Source: Planctomycetota bacterium (lineage in GTDB: Bacteria; Planctomycetota; UBA1135; UBA2386). From it: 64,000 nt of DNA. Shown one piece after another: positions 18,300-27,275 of the stretch (position 1 is the first letter of the stretch; each line of letters starts with the position of its first letter). The notes below the pieces were generated by a model. That model was not told the DNA's origin. It saw only the letters and a list, made by a program, of their open reading frames with translations, and searched no databases. The DNA lies in assembly GCA_965228735.1 (NCBI GenBank), contig OZ245838.1, positions 3,072,001 through 3,136,000 on the forward strand. The letters run 5' to 3'. A program made the translations under genes and the position numbers.

Positions 18300-19498
18300 T
18301 GCCGAGCCAGCTCGCCCACCATTGGGATCTCGACCCCGAGGTCACGTTCCTCAACCACGGCAGCTTCGGCGCCTGTCCGCGCGTCGTGCTCGAGCGCCAG
18401 TCCGAGCTGCGGCGGCAGCTCGAACGCGAACCCGTGCGGTTCTTCGAGCGCGACTACGAACCGCTGCTCGACGAAGCGCGCACGGTCCTCGCCGGCGTCG
18501 TCGGGGCCCGAACGGACGACCTCGCGTTCGTGCCCAACGCGACGGCCGGGGTGAACGCCGTGCTGCGGTCGCTCGATTTCGGGCCGGACGACGAGCTGCT
18601 CGTCACCGATCACGAATACAACGCGTCACGGAACGCGCTCGATCATCTGATCGAGCGGACGGGCGCCCGCCTCGTGGTCGTGCCGCTGCCGCTGCCGGTC
18701 GAGGACGCCGACGAGATCATCGACGCGGTGCTGTCCCATGTCACGGATCGCACCAGGCTGCTGCTGATCGATCACGTGACGAGTCCGACCGGGCTCGTGT
18801 TGCCGATCGAACGTCTCGTCCCGGCGCTGCGCGAACGGTCCGTGGAGACGCTCGTCGATGGCGCGCACGGCCCGGGGATGCTGCCGCTCGATCTCGATGC
18901 GATCGGCGCCGCCTACTACACCGGCAACTGCCACAAGTGGCTCTGCACCCCGAAGGGCGCGGCGTTGTTGCACGTTCGCCGCGACCGCCAGGACGGCCTG
19001 CTGCCCCCGCAGATCAGCCACGGCCGCAACTCGCAGCGCACCGACCGCTCCCGGTTCCACATCGAATTCGACTGGACCGGCACGAGCGATCCGACGGCGT
19101 GGCTCGCGATCCCGGCGGCCGTCGAGTTCCTGCGCGGGCTGGTGCCGGGCGGCCTCGCCGGACTGCGGCAGCACAACCACGAGCTCGTCGTCGCCGCGCG
19201 CGACCTGGTCTGCGAGCGCCTCGGACTGATGCCGGCCGCGCCGGCCGAGATGCTCGGCTCGCTCGCGTCGATCGTGCTGCCGCAGCGCGACGACCCGGTC
19301 GACGCGAGCGCGCCCCCGACGACCGACCCGCTGCACGACCGTCTCCTCGATGACCACGGGATTCAGGTCCCCGTGATGCGATGGCCGCATCCGCCGCTGC
19401 GCCTGCTGCGAATTTCGGCGCAGGCCTACAACGCCCTGCCCGACTACGAGCGGCTCGCGGACGCGCTCGCGGCCCTCGGATTCGGTAGCACCGACTGA
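18299..19498 (+). CDS. PLP-dependent class V aminotransferase (isopenicillin-N-epimerase/cysteine-desulfhydrase/EgtE-like)
   Basis: FLNHGSFGACP, NATAGVN, DHVTSPTG, VDGAHGPG, GNCHKWLC (PLP Lys), RISAQAYN; start overlaps the upstream TGA. Confidence 0.92.
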   Translation: MPSQLAHHWDLDPEVTFLNHGSFGACPRVVLERQSELRRQLEREPVRFFERDYEPLLDEARTVLAGVVGARTDDLAFVPNATAGVNAVLRSLDFGPDDELLVTDHEYNASRNALDHLIERTGARLVVVPLPLPVEDADEIIDAVLSHVTDRTRLLLIDHVTSPTGLVLPIERLVPALRERSVETLVDGAHGPGMLPLDLDAIGAAYYTGNCHKWLCTPKGAALLHVRRDRQDGLLPPQISHGRNSQRTDRSRFHIEFDWTGTSDPTAWLAIPAAVEFLRGLVPGGLAGLRQHNHELVVAARDLVCERLGLMPAAPAEMLGSLASIVLPQRDDPVDASAPPTTDPLHDRLLDDHGIQVPVMRWPHPPLRLLRISAQAYNALPDYERLADALAALGFGSTD

Positions 19499-19553
19499 CC
19501 GGCTGGGGAATTCCTCCTGCCCCGACCTTCCGCCTGCCGATTCTCGTCCCGGA

Positions 19554-19596
19554 TTCAAACAGTAGTTTGAAACCAACGTTCGTATCTGACTAGACT
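19554..19596 (+). promoter_or_regulatory. Palindromic operator TTCAAAC-AGTA-GTTTGAA (19554-19571) overlapping a sigma-70 promoter (-35 TTGAAA 19567-19572, -10 TAGACT 19591-19596)
   Basis: Perfect 7-4-7 inverted repeat resembling the PsrA-type CAAAC-N4-GTTTG box, plus an overlapping degenerate second copy; directly upstream of the TetR gene. Confidence 0.8.
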
Positions 19597-19603
19597 CCGA
19601 CGC

Positions 19604-20332
19604 ATGGCAACCGCCACCACCCGCGAGCAGATCCTCGATGCTGCCGAGACGCTCTTCGCCGAACACGGCTACACGGCGACGTCGATGCGGCAGCTGACGA
19701 CGGCAGCCGGCGTCAACCTCGCGGCCGTGAACTACCACTTCGGCGGCAAGGAAGAGCTCGCCAAGGCCGTGTTGCAGCGCCGGATCGATCCGATCAACGC
19801 CGAACGGCACCGCCGCCTCGACGAGCTGGAGAATCCCGACGTCGAGGCGATCCTGCGCGCGTTCATCGAGCCGGCCCTCCAGGGCCTCGCCCGGTATGCC
19901 GAGGAGCGCCGCAGAACGGCCCGGGCGAGGAAGGCACGAGGCGCCCGGCAGGGTCAACCCGCCGGCCGCGAACTCAGCGACCTGTTCGGCCGTCTGCTCA
20001 TGGAACGGCCGCCGTTCCTGCGCGAGTTCCTCGCCACGCAATTCGGCGACATCGTCGAACGTTTCACCGCGCAACTGGCGCGCGCCACGCGACGGCGGGA
20101 GTCCGCGACGACGTGGTGGCGCCTGCACTTCACCATCGGCGCGATGGCCCACACCCTGCACAACGCGGCGATGCTCGAGCACCTCAGCGGCGGCCGCTGC
20201 GACCCTGCAAATCTGCCCGAGCTGACCAACGAGCTCGTCGCGTTCGCGACCGCCGGCTTCGAGGCGCCCGCGCCGCGTCGTCCGCGCAAGACCCCGAAGA
20301 CGCCGCGCACCCGCACCGGAGAATCGCGATGA
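19604..20332 (+). CDS. TetR/AcrR family transcriptional regulator (PsrA-like)
   Basis: TREQILDAAETLFAEHGY..TSMRQLT.AAGVNLAAVNYHFGGKEEL. Confidence 0.95.
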   Translation: MATATTREQILDAAETLFAEHGYTATSMRQLTTAAGVNLAAVNYHFGGKEELAKAVLQRRIDPINAERHRRLDELENPDVEAILRAFIEPALQGLARYAEERRRTARARKARGARQGQPAGRELSDLFGRLLMERPPFLREFLATQFGDIVERFTAQLARATRRRESATTWWRLHFTIGAMAHTLHNAAMLEHLSGGRCDPANLPELTNELVAFATAGFEAPAPRRPRKTPKTPRTRTGESR

Positions 20333-21807
20333 CGCTCCGCCGATCCAGCACGCCACTCCGTCCCGTTCTGCTCGCTGCGGCTGTCGTATTCTGCGGCTGT
20401 CGCGCGGCGTCTCCGCCCCCGACGGAGGCGACGGATCTCGGGATCGGCATCCCGGCCCGCTTCGCCGCGGACCCGGCACCAGAAGCAGCGACACCGGAGA
20501 CCGGACGGCTGCTGGCCGAGGACTGGTGGCGGGCGTTCGAAGATCCGACGCTCGACGCGCTCGTCGAACGGGCGCTGACCGACAACCGTGATCTGCAGGC
20601 CGCGGCCGCGCGGGTCGCCGCCGCGGCCGCGTCACGCACGATCGCGGGCGCGGACGCGCTGCCGCAGGCCGACCTCGGCTTCGACAGCAACCGCGCGCGT
20701 CGCATCTTCGTCGGCTTTCCGTTCGGCGGCGGCGGCGTGCCGAGCGCCACGGCGACGACCTGGGGCCTGTCGCTCAACCTACGCTGGGAACTCGACGTGT
20801 GGGGTCGCATCGCAGCGGTCGAATCCGCCGCGATCGCCGACCTCGAGGCCGCCGCCGTCGATCACGGGGCCGCCCGACTCAGCCTCGTCGGTCAGCTCTG
20901 CAAGGCGTACTTCGCGACGACCGAAGCGCAGCAGCAGCTCGCGCTCGCCCGTGCGACCGCGGACGCGTTCCGCGCGACGCTCGAGGACGTGCAGATGCGA
21001 CACCGCGCGGGCGTGCGCCCCGCGACGGACGTCTACCTCGCGGGCACCAACCTGAGTCAGGCCGAGGCGCAGGTCGCTCAACGCGAACGCCTGCTGCAGC
21101 AGGCCGTGCGGCAGCTCGAGACGCTGGCCGGGGGCTACCCGGCCGGCACGACGCTCGCGGCCGTGGAACTGCCGAGTGCGCGACCCACGATACCCGTGGC
21201 GTTGCCCGGCGAACTGCTGCAGCGGCGGCCCGATCTCGTCGCGGCCGAGCGGCGCCTCGCAGCCGCCGGCTGTCGGGTCGACGCCGCACGCGCGGCGCTC
21301 TACCCCCGCCTCAGCCTCACCGCGAGCGGCGGCACGACGAGCGACGAGCTCGACGACCTCGTCGACAACGACTTTCGGGTCTGGAGCATCGGGGCCAACC
21401 TGCTGCAGCCGATCTTCCAGGGCGGGGCACTGCAGGCCGAAGTGCGCCGTAACGAGGCGCTGACCGCGGCGGCGCTCGCGACCTATGCGGGCACCGTGCT
21501 CGGCGCGTTCGCCGAGGTCGAGAACGCGCTCGCCGCCGAGGCGCTGCTCGAGACCCAGGAGCGCCACCTCACCGCCGCGGCCGAACGGGCCCAGGGCGGC
21601 GCCGATCTCGCGCGCGAGCGCTGGGAGCGCGGCGTCGCCGACTTCCTGCTCGTGGCCGACGGACAGCGGCAGGCGTTCCAGACCGAGTCCGCGCGCCTGC
21701 AGCTCGCGCGCCAGCGACTCGACAACCGCATCGACCTCGTGCTCGCACTCGGCGGCGGCTTCGGCCGCGCGACGAACGCCGAGGACACCGACCACTCCGA
21801 GCCGTGA
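20329..21807 (+). CDS. Outer-membrane efflux lipoprotein (NodT/OprM/TolC family)
   Basis: Start ATG 20329 overlapping the TetR stop; lipobox-like FCGC; WWRAFEDPTL, WELDVWGR, LLQRRPDL..AE, LALGGG. Confidence 0.93.
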   Translation: MTLRRSSTPLRPVLLAAAVVFCGCRAASPPPTEATDLGIGIPARFAADPAPEAATPETGRLLAEDWWRAFEDPTLDALVERALTDNRDLQAAAARVAAAAASRTIAGADALPQADLGFDSNRARRIFVGFPFGGGGVPSATATTWGLSLNLRWELDVWGRIAAVESAAIADLEAAAVDHGAARLSLVGQLCKAYFATTEAQQQLALARATADAFRATLEDVQMRHRAGVRPATDVYLAGTNLSQAEAQVAQRERLLQQAVRQLETLAGGYPAGTTLAAVELPSARPTIPVALPGELLQRRPDLVAAERRLAAAGCRVDAARAALYPRLSLTASGGTTSDELDDLVDNDFRVWSIGANLLQPIFQGGALQAEVRRNEALTAAALATYAGTVLGAFAEVENALAAEALLETQERHLTAAAERAQGGADLARERWERGVADFLLVADGQRQAFQTESARLQLARQRLDNRIDLVLALGGGFGRATNAEDTDHSEP

Positions 21808-22991
21808 TGAAAGCACTTCGCCTGATCCTGCAGATCGCGCTTCCCGTTCTCCTCCTCGCCATCGGCGCCACCGTGGCGTTCCAGATCGCGAACCGGCCTG
21901 CGGCCGCAACGCCGGAGCCCCCCGCGTTCGTCGGGCCGCTCGTGCGATCGCTCGCGGTGACGATCGAGGACGTGCGGATCGACGTCCCGGCCCGCGGGGT
22001 CGTCGAGGCGCGCCGCCGGATCGACCTCGCGCCGCAGGTCGGCGGCGAGGTCATCGAGGTCGGCCCCGGGCTCCGCGCCGGCGGTTTCTTCACGCCGGGC
22101 GACGTGCTGCTGCGCATCGACCCCTCCGACTACGAACTCGCGGTCGTGCAGCAGGAGGCCGCGGTCGCGCAGGCCGGTCTGCGGCTGCAGCTCGAACGCG
22201 CGGAGGCCGAGGCCGCGATCACCGCGTGGCGCAAGCTCAACGGCGATGAGCCGGCCGACGACCTCGTGATGCGCAAGCCGCAGATCGCGGACGCGGAGAC
22301 CGCACTCGCGGCAGCCGAGGCGATGCTCGACCGGGCCCGCCTCGACCTCGCGCGCACCACGGTGAAGGCGCCGTTCCACGGGCGCGTCCGCACCGCCGAC
22401 GTCGATCTCGGCCAGGTCGTCGCGCCGCGCGCGCCGGTCGCGCAGATCTACGGCATCGACACGGCCGAGGTCCGCCTGCCGCTCGCCGCGAGCGACGTCG
22501 CGTTCGTCGACCTGCCGATGGGCTGGCAGGAATCCGGCAGCAACCGCACCGGGCCGACCGTCACGCTCACGGCCGACTTCGCCGGCCAGCGGCACGAGTA
22601 TCGCGGCGTGATCACGCGCACCGAGGGCGAGATCGACCGCCGCACGCGGCAGCTCACCGTCGTCGTCCAGGTCGACGATCCGTACGGGCGCAAGGGCGAC
22701 GGCAGCCGGCCGCCGCTCACGCTCGGCATGTTCGTCGAAGCGACGATCACGGGCCGCACGTTCGAGGACGTCGCCGTCATCCCGCGCGGCGCGCTGCGCG
22801 GCGAGAACGAGGTCTGGCTCATCGACGCGGAGAACCGGCTGCAGCGCCGCGAGGTCGAGGTCCTGCGGGTCGATCCGGAGCGGGTCTACGTCCGCACCGG
22901 CCTGCAGAAGGACGAAGTCGTGTGCGTGACACCGCTCGAGGCCCCGGTCGTCGGCATGCCGGTCCGCCTCGTCGAGGAGCCGGGCCGATGA
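21804..22991 (+). CDS. RND efflux periplasmic adaptor (membrane fusion protein)
   Basis: LAPQVGGEV, LLRIDPSDYEL, LARTTVKAPFHGRV, GMFVEATI motifs. Confidence 0.93.
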   Translation: MMKALRLILQIALPVLLLAIGATVAFQIANRPAAATPEPPAFVGPLVRSLAVTIEDVRIDVPARGVVEARRRIDLAPQVGGEVIEVGPGLRAGGFFTPGDVLLRIDPSDYELAVVQQEAAVAQAGLRLQLERAEAEAAITAWRKLNGDEPADDLVMRKPQIADAETALAAAEAMLDRARLDLARTTVKAPFHGRVRTADVDLGQVVAPRAPVAQIYGIDTAEVRLPLAASDVAFVDLPMGWQESGSNRTGPTVTLTADFAGQRHEYRGVITRTEGEIDRRTRQLTVVVQVDDPYGRKGDGSRPPLTLGMFVEATITGRTFEDVAVIPRGALRGENEVWLIDAENRLQRREVEVLRVDPERVYVRTGLQKDEVVCVTPLEAPVVGMPVRLVEEPGR

Positions 22992-25900
22992 AGCTCGACG
23001 CACTGCCGCCGGAGGACCGCAGCGGCTTCTTCGCCTGGTTCACCTCCAACCACGTCGCGGCCACGCTCGTCGCGATCGGCTTCGCCGTCGCGGGCATGTC
23101 CGCGTTGTTCGGCGACCGCGTGCGACGCGAGGTCTTCCCCGAGCTCGCACCCAACGTCATCAACGTCACGGTCGCCTATCCGGGCGCCGCGCCATCGGAG
23201 ATCGAACAGGGCATCTGCCTGCGCGTCGAGGACGCGGTCGACGGCATCACCGGCGTCGACAAGATCACGGCAACGGCGTCGGAGGGCGTCGGCACGGTCG
23301 TCGTGGAGACCCTGCAGGAGGCCGACATCGATCGGGTCTACGACGACATCAAGAACCGCGTCGACGGCATCACGAGCTTTCCCGTCGACGCCGAGGAGCC
23401 GATCGTCTCGCGCATGGTGGTGCGCCGACAGGTCATCAACGTGTCGGTGCACGGCGACGCGTCGGAGGCCACGCTCAAGCACATCGCGGAGCAGGTGCGC
23501 GACGAGCTGTCCGACCTGCCGGAGATCTCGCAGGCCGAGCTCGCCGCCGTTCGACCCTACGAGATCGCGATCGAGGTCTCGGAGGAAGACCTGCAGCGAC
23601 ACGGGCTGACGTTCGACGCAGTCGCGAACGCGGTGCGGCGCAGCAGCCTCGACCTGCCGACGGGCGCGATCCGCGCGCGCGAAGGCGACACCGTGCTGCG
23701 CGTGCAGAGCCAGGCCTACCGCGGCGAGGAGTTCGCGGAGCTCGTGCTGCTGACGCAGACCGACGGCACGCGGATCCGGCTCGGCGACGTCGCCAACGTC
23801 GTCGACGGGTTCGAGGAGACCGATCAGAAGGCCCGCTTCGACGGCAGCAGCGCGGCGCTCGTCAAGGTCTTCCGCGTCGGCGACCAGGACGCGATCCGCA
23901 TCACGAACGCGGTCAAGGACTGGGTCGCGACCGCGGGCAAACGGCTCGTGCCGCCCGGCGTCGAGCTCACGACGTGGCGTGACGAGTCGATCATCCTGCA
24001 GGGTCGCATCGATCTGCTGACGCGCAACGCGATGCAGGGGCTCGCCCTCGTGCTCGTGATCCTCGCGTTGTTCCTGCAGCTGCGGCTGGCGCTCTGGGTC
24101 GCGCTCGGCATCCCGATCGGCTTCCTCGGCACCGTCGCGTTCATGCCGGTGTTCGACGTGTCGATCAACATGATCTCGCTGTTCGCGTTCCTGCTCGTCC
24201 TCGGCATCGTCGTGGACGACGCGATCGTCGTCGGCGAAAACATCGGACACCATCGCCGCCAGGGCACGAGCCCGCTGCTCGCGTCGATCCGGGGCGCGCG
24301 CGAGGTGCGCAAACCCGTCTTCGCGTCGATCGCGACGACGATCGCGGCGTTCCTGCCGATGCTCCTGTCCGTGCCCGGCACGGACGCGCAGGTCTGGCGC
24401 GTGATCCCGCTCATCGTCATCCCGGTGCTCGTGATCAGCCTCATCGAATCGCAGCTCTGCCTGCCGTCACACCTGTCGCTGATGAAGCTCGACGCAGCGG
24501 AGCGCCGCCCGTGGATCGGCGCCCGCGCGCTCGGCTGGGTGCAGAGCCGCTTCGACGGCCTGCTCGAGACGTTCATCCAACGCATCTACCAGCCGATCGT
24601 CGACACCCTGCTGCGCTGGCGCTACGCGACGCTCGCGGGCGCGCTCGCGGCCCTGATCGTCGGCTTCACGAGCCTGATCGCGGGCGGCTACCCGCGGTTC
24701 ATCTTCTTCCCGAGCGTCGAGGGCGACAACATCGTCGTCGCGCTCACGATGCCCGAGGGCACACCGGTCGCGGACACCGTCGCGCACCTGGCCCGGATCG
24801 AGAACGCGGCGCGCACCGTCTGCGACGAGTTCGAAGGCGAACTGGGTGGCCAGCCGATCCTCAAGCACATGCTGGCGACCGTCGGGTCGCAACCGTTCGC
24901 CGAGGTGCAGGCGCGCAACGCCGGCCAGCGCAGCCAGACGTTCGGCAGCGGCTCGCACCTCGCCGAGCTCGACGTGCAGCTCGTGCCGTCCGAGGAACGG
25001 GAGATCGCGTCGGACATCGTCATGGCGCGATTTCGCGAGCTCGTCGGGACGATCCCGGGGGCCACGGAACTCACGTTCTCCACGTCCTTCTTCTCGACGG
25101 GCAAGGACGTCGACGTCGAGCTCTACCACCGCGACGGTGACCAGCTCGAAGCCGCGGCCGCCGCGCTCACGGCGAAGCTCAACGCGATCCCCGAGGTCAA
25201 GGACGTCACGAGCTCGTTCCGGCTCGGCAAGCCCGAGCTGCAGATTGCGATCCGGCCCGCGGCGGAGACGCTCGGGCTCACGCAGATCGACCTCGCGCGC
25301 CAGGTGCGGCAGGCGTTCTACGGTGAGGAGGCGCAGCGCATCCAGCGCGGGCGCGACGACGTGCGCGTCATGGTGCGCTACCCCGAAGCGGATCGGCGCA
25401 CGCTGACCGATCTGCGCGACCTGCGGGTCCGCACGCTGGCGGGCGACGAGGTGCCGTTCACCGAGGTCGCGACGCTCGACCACGGCCGTTCGTACTCGTC
25501 GATCACCCGCGTGGACGGCCGCCGCACGCTGCGCATCAGCGGCGACGTCGAGGAGACCAACAAGGACGCGAGCCCCAACGCGATCAACGCGCAGCTGCGC
25601 GCGGAGATCCTGCCGGCACTCGTCGCGCAGTTCCCGGGTCTCGGGTGGGGCTTCGAGGGCGACGAGAAGAACCGGCGCGAGCTGTTCTCGTCGCTCGCGG
25701 GCGGCTACCTGATCGCCTTGTTCGCGATGTTCGCGATGATCGCGATCTCGCTGCGCTCGTTCCTGCAGCCGTTCTTGATGCTCGCCGCCGTGCCGTTCGG
25801 CCTGCTCGGCGCGATCCTCGGCCACATGATCGAGGGCTACGACGTGAGCATCCTGTCCGCGTTCGGCGGCATCGCGCTGTCGGGCATCGTCGTGAACGAC

Positions 25901-26266
25901 AACATCGTGCTCGTCGACTGGATCAACCGCCGGCGCGAAGCCGGCGACTCCCTGCTCGACGCGGTGAAGACGGCCGGCGCGCGCCGCTTCCGACCGATCC
26001 TGCTCACGTCGCTCACGACGACGGTCGGCCTCGTGCCGTTGATGTACTTCGAGAAGAGCGTCCAGGCGCTGTTCCTCGTGCCGATGGCCGTCGCGCTCGC
26101 CTACGGCGTCGTCTTCGCGACGGTCGTGAGTCTCGTGCTCGTGCCGACGATGTATCTGATCCTCGAGGACTTCCGCGCGGGCCTGCGTCGCGTCGGCCGG
26201 GCCCTGTCGTGGGTCTACGGCGGCGACACCGCGAGCAGGCCGACCGCTGCCGACGCCCGGCCGTAG
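22988..26266 (+). CDS. RND efflux transporter permease (AcrB family)
   Basis: Start ATG 22988; GIVVDDAIVVGENI, RRFRPILLTSLTT; duplicated TM/periplasmic architecture. Confidence 0.95.
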   Translation: MKLDALPPEDRSGFFAWFTSNHVAATLVAIGFAVAGMSALFGDRVRREVFPELAPNVINVTVAYPGAAPSEIEQGICLRVEDAVDGITGVDKITATASEGVGTVVVETLQEADIDRVYDDIKNRVDGITSFPVDAEEPIVSRMVVRRQVINVSVHGDASEATLKHIAEQVRDELSDLPEISQAELAAVRPYEIAIEVSEEDLQRHGLTFDAVANAVRRSSLDLPTGAIRAREGDTVLRVQSQAYRGEEFAELVLLTQTDGTRIRLGDVANVVDGFEETDQKARFDGSSAALVKVFRVGDQDAIRITNAVKDWVATAGKRLVPPGVELTTWRDESIILQGRIDLLTRNAMQGLALVLVILALFLQLRLALWVALGIPIGFLGTVAFMPVFDVSINMISLFAFLLVLGIVVDDAIVVGENIGHHRRQGTSPLLASIRGAREVRKPVFASIATTIAAFLPMLLSVPGTDAQVWRVIPLIVIPVLVISLIESQLCLPSHLSLMKLDAAERRPWIGARALGWVQSRFDGLLETFIQRIYQPIVDTLLRWRYATLAGALAALIVGFTSLIAGGYPRFIFFPSVEGDNIVVALTMPEGTPVADTVAHLARIENAARTVCDEFEGELGGQPILKHMLATVGSQPFAEVQARNAGQRSQTFGSGSHLAELDVQLVPSEEREIASDIVMARFRELVGTIPGATELTFSTSFFSTGKDVDVELYHRDGDQLEAAAAALTAKLNAIPEVKDVTSSFRLGKPELQIAIRPAAETLGLTQIDLARQVRQAFYGEEAQRIQRGRDDVRVMVRYPEADRRTLTDLRDLRVRTLAGDEVPFTEVATLDHGRSYSSITRVDGRRTLRISGDVEETNKDASPNAINAQLRAEILPALVAQFPGLGWGFEGDEKNRRELFSSLAGGYLIALFAMFAMIAISLRSFLQPFLMLAAVPFGLLGAILGHMIEGYDVSILSAFGGIALSGIVVNDNIVLVDWINRRREAGDSLLDAVKTAGARRFRPILLTSLTTTVGLVPLMYFEKSVQALFLVPMAVALAYGVVFATVVSLVLVPTMYLILEDFRAGLRRVGRALSWVYGGDTASRPTAADARP

Positions 26267-26327
26267 CCGCGATCGCGAAGGCGACACTACGACCGAACCG
26301 CGAGCCACGAGCTACGTTGAGGAACGG

Positions 26328-27239
26328 ATGCCGCGCTCCAACCCGCTCGTTATCCTGGCGGTCGCAACCCTCCTGCTGGCGCCGACTCCGACCCAGGACG
26401 GCGCTTCGCCTGGGCACGATTGGCGCGAGGACGCCCGCACTCTCGAGTTCCTGAACGCCCGCGTGGCGTCCCGGCACGCCGAGGGAGATCGCTCGGTCGC
26501 GGCGGCGGCCTGGACGCTGCTGTCCTACACCGCGCGGGGTTCGACGATGCGGAGCGGCAGGCACAGGTCGCACGTCAAGGAACTCACGAAGTGGCTTCGC
26601 GGCATCCAGATCGACGGCGGCAAGCTCGCCCCCGGCAAGCAGCCTTGTCAACGCCTCGACCAGGTCGTCGGTACCCTGGCCCTCGCCGAAGTGACGCTGC
26701 TGTCACACTACACGCTGCTGAAGCCAACTGTCAGCAACGCGAGCCGCGCGACGCTCGATGCACTGACCGACGCGGGCGCCGCCCCGCCAACGGCCGCCGA
26801 GGTGGCCCTGCTGCTCGTGCTGGCGTACACGCTCGACTACGGCAAACTCGAGCACGGCGCGGCCTGCCGCGAGTTGGCGCTGGCGGCTCGCGCCCGACTG
26901 CCGGCTCCGAAGTCGCCCCGCGACCGGGCGGCACATTGCCTCATCGCCCTCCTGCTCGAAGAGCCCGTGCCGAAGGCCCTGACCGTGCAGCGGATCTGGC
27001 CGAAGAACCCCATGGCCGATCCCCTGCACACCTGGCTCGCCGTGCAGGCCCTGGCCCGCACCGACCGGCCGACGTTCGCGGCGTGCGCGAAGGACTTCGA
27101 GAAACTCGCCGCGATGTGCACGCCCGCCGGCGAAGACCGCGGCAGCTGGCCCGCAACCATGGAGTTCGACGCCGTGACGGCGACGGCCGCGCTCGCGGCC
27201 GCGCTCGGCCTCGCCGCCTGCGATCCGCTCGGGAAGTAG
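26328..27239 (+). CDS. Secreted protein resembling planctomycete prenyltransferase/squalene-cyclase-repeat (alpha/alpha toroid) proteins, degenerate
   Basis: Signal peptide; LLSYTARGSTMRSGRHRSHVKELTKWLRGIQ..GG, GTLALAE, GSWP...TAAL pattern. Confidence 0.55.
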   Translation: MPRSNPLVILAVATLLLAPTPTQDGASPGHDWREDARTLEFLNARVASRHAEGDRSVAAAAWTLLSYTARGSTMRSGRHRSHVKELTKWLRGIQIDGGKLAPGKQPCQRLDQVVGTLALAEVTLLSHYTLLKPTVSNASRATLDALTDAGAAPPTAAEVALLLVLAYTLDYGKLEHGAACRELALAARARLPAPKSPRDRAAHCLIALLLEEPVPKALTVQRIWPKNPMADPLHTWLAVQALARTDRPTFAACAKDFEKLAAMCTPAGEDRGSWPATMEFDAVTATAALAAALGLAACDPLGK

Positions 27240-27275
27240 ACGATCCGGGCGCCGCCGCACGTATGCTCGGCCCGC

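Noticed and set aside
18299..19498. Beta-lactam (isopenicillin N epimerase) or ergothioneine biosynthetic cluster
   Set aside because: No NRPS, IPNS or egtB/egtD genes nearby; the family assignment does not fix the substrate.
26328..27239. Functional squalene-hopene cyclase or terpene cluster
   Set aside because: Only ~300 aa, secreted, no DXDD motif; the resemblance is limited to the repeat scaffold.
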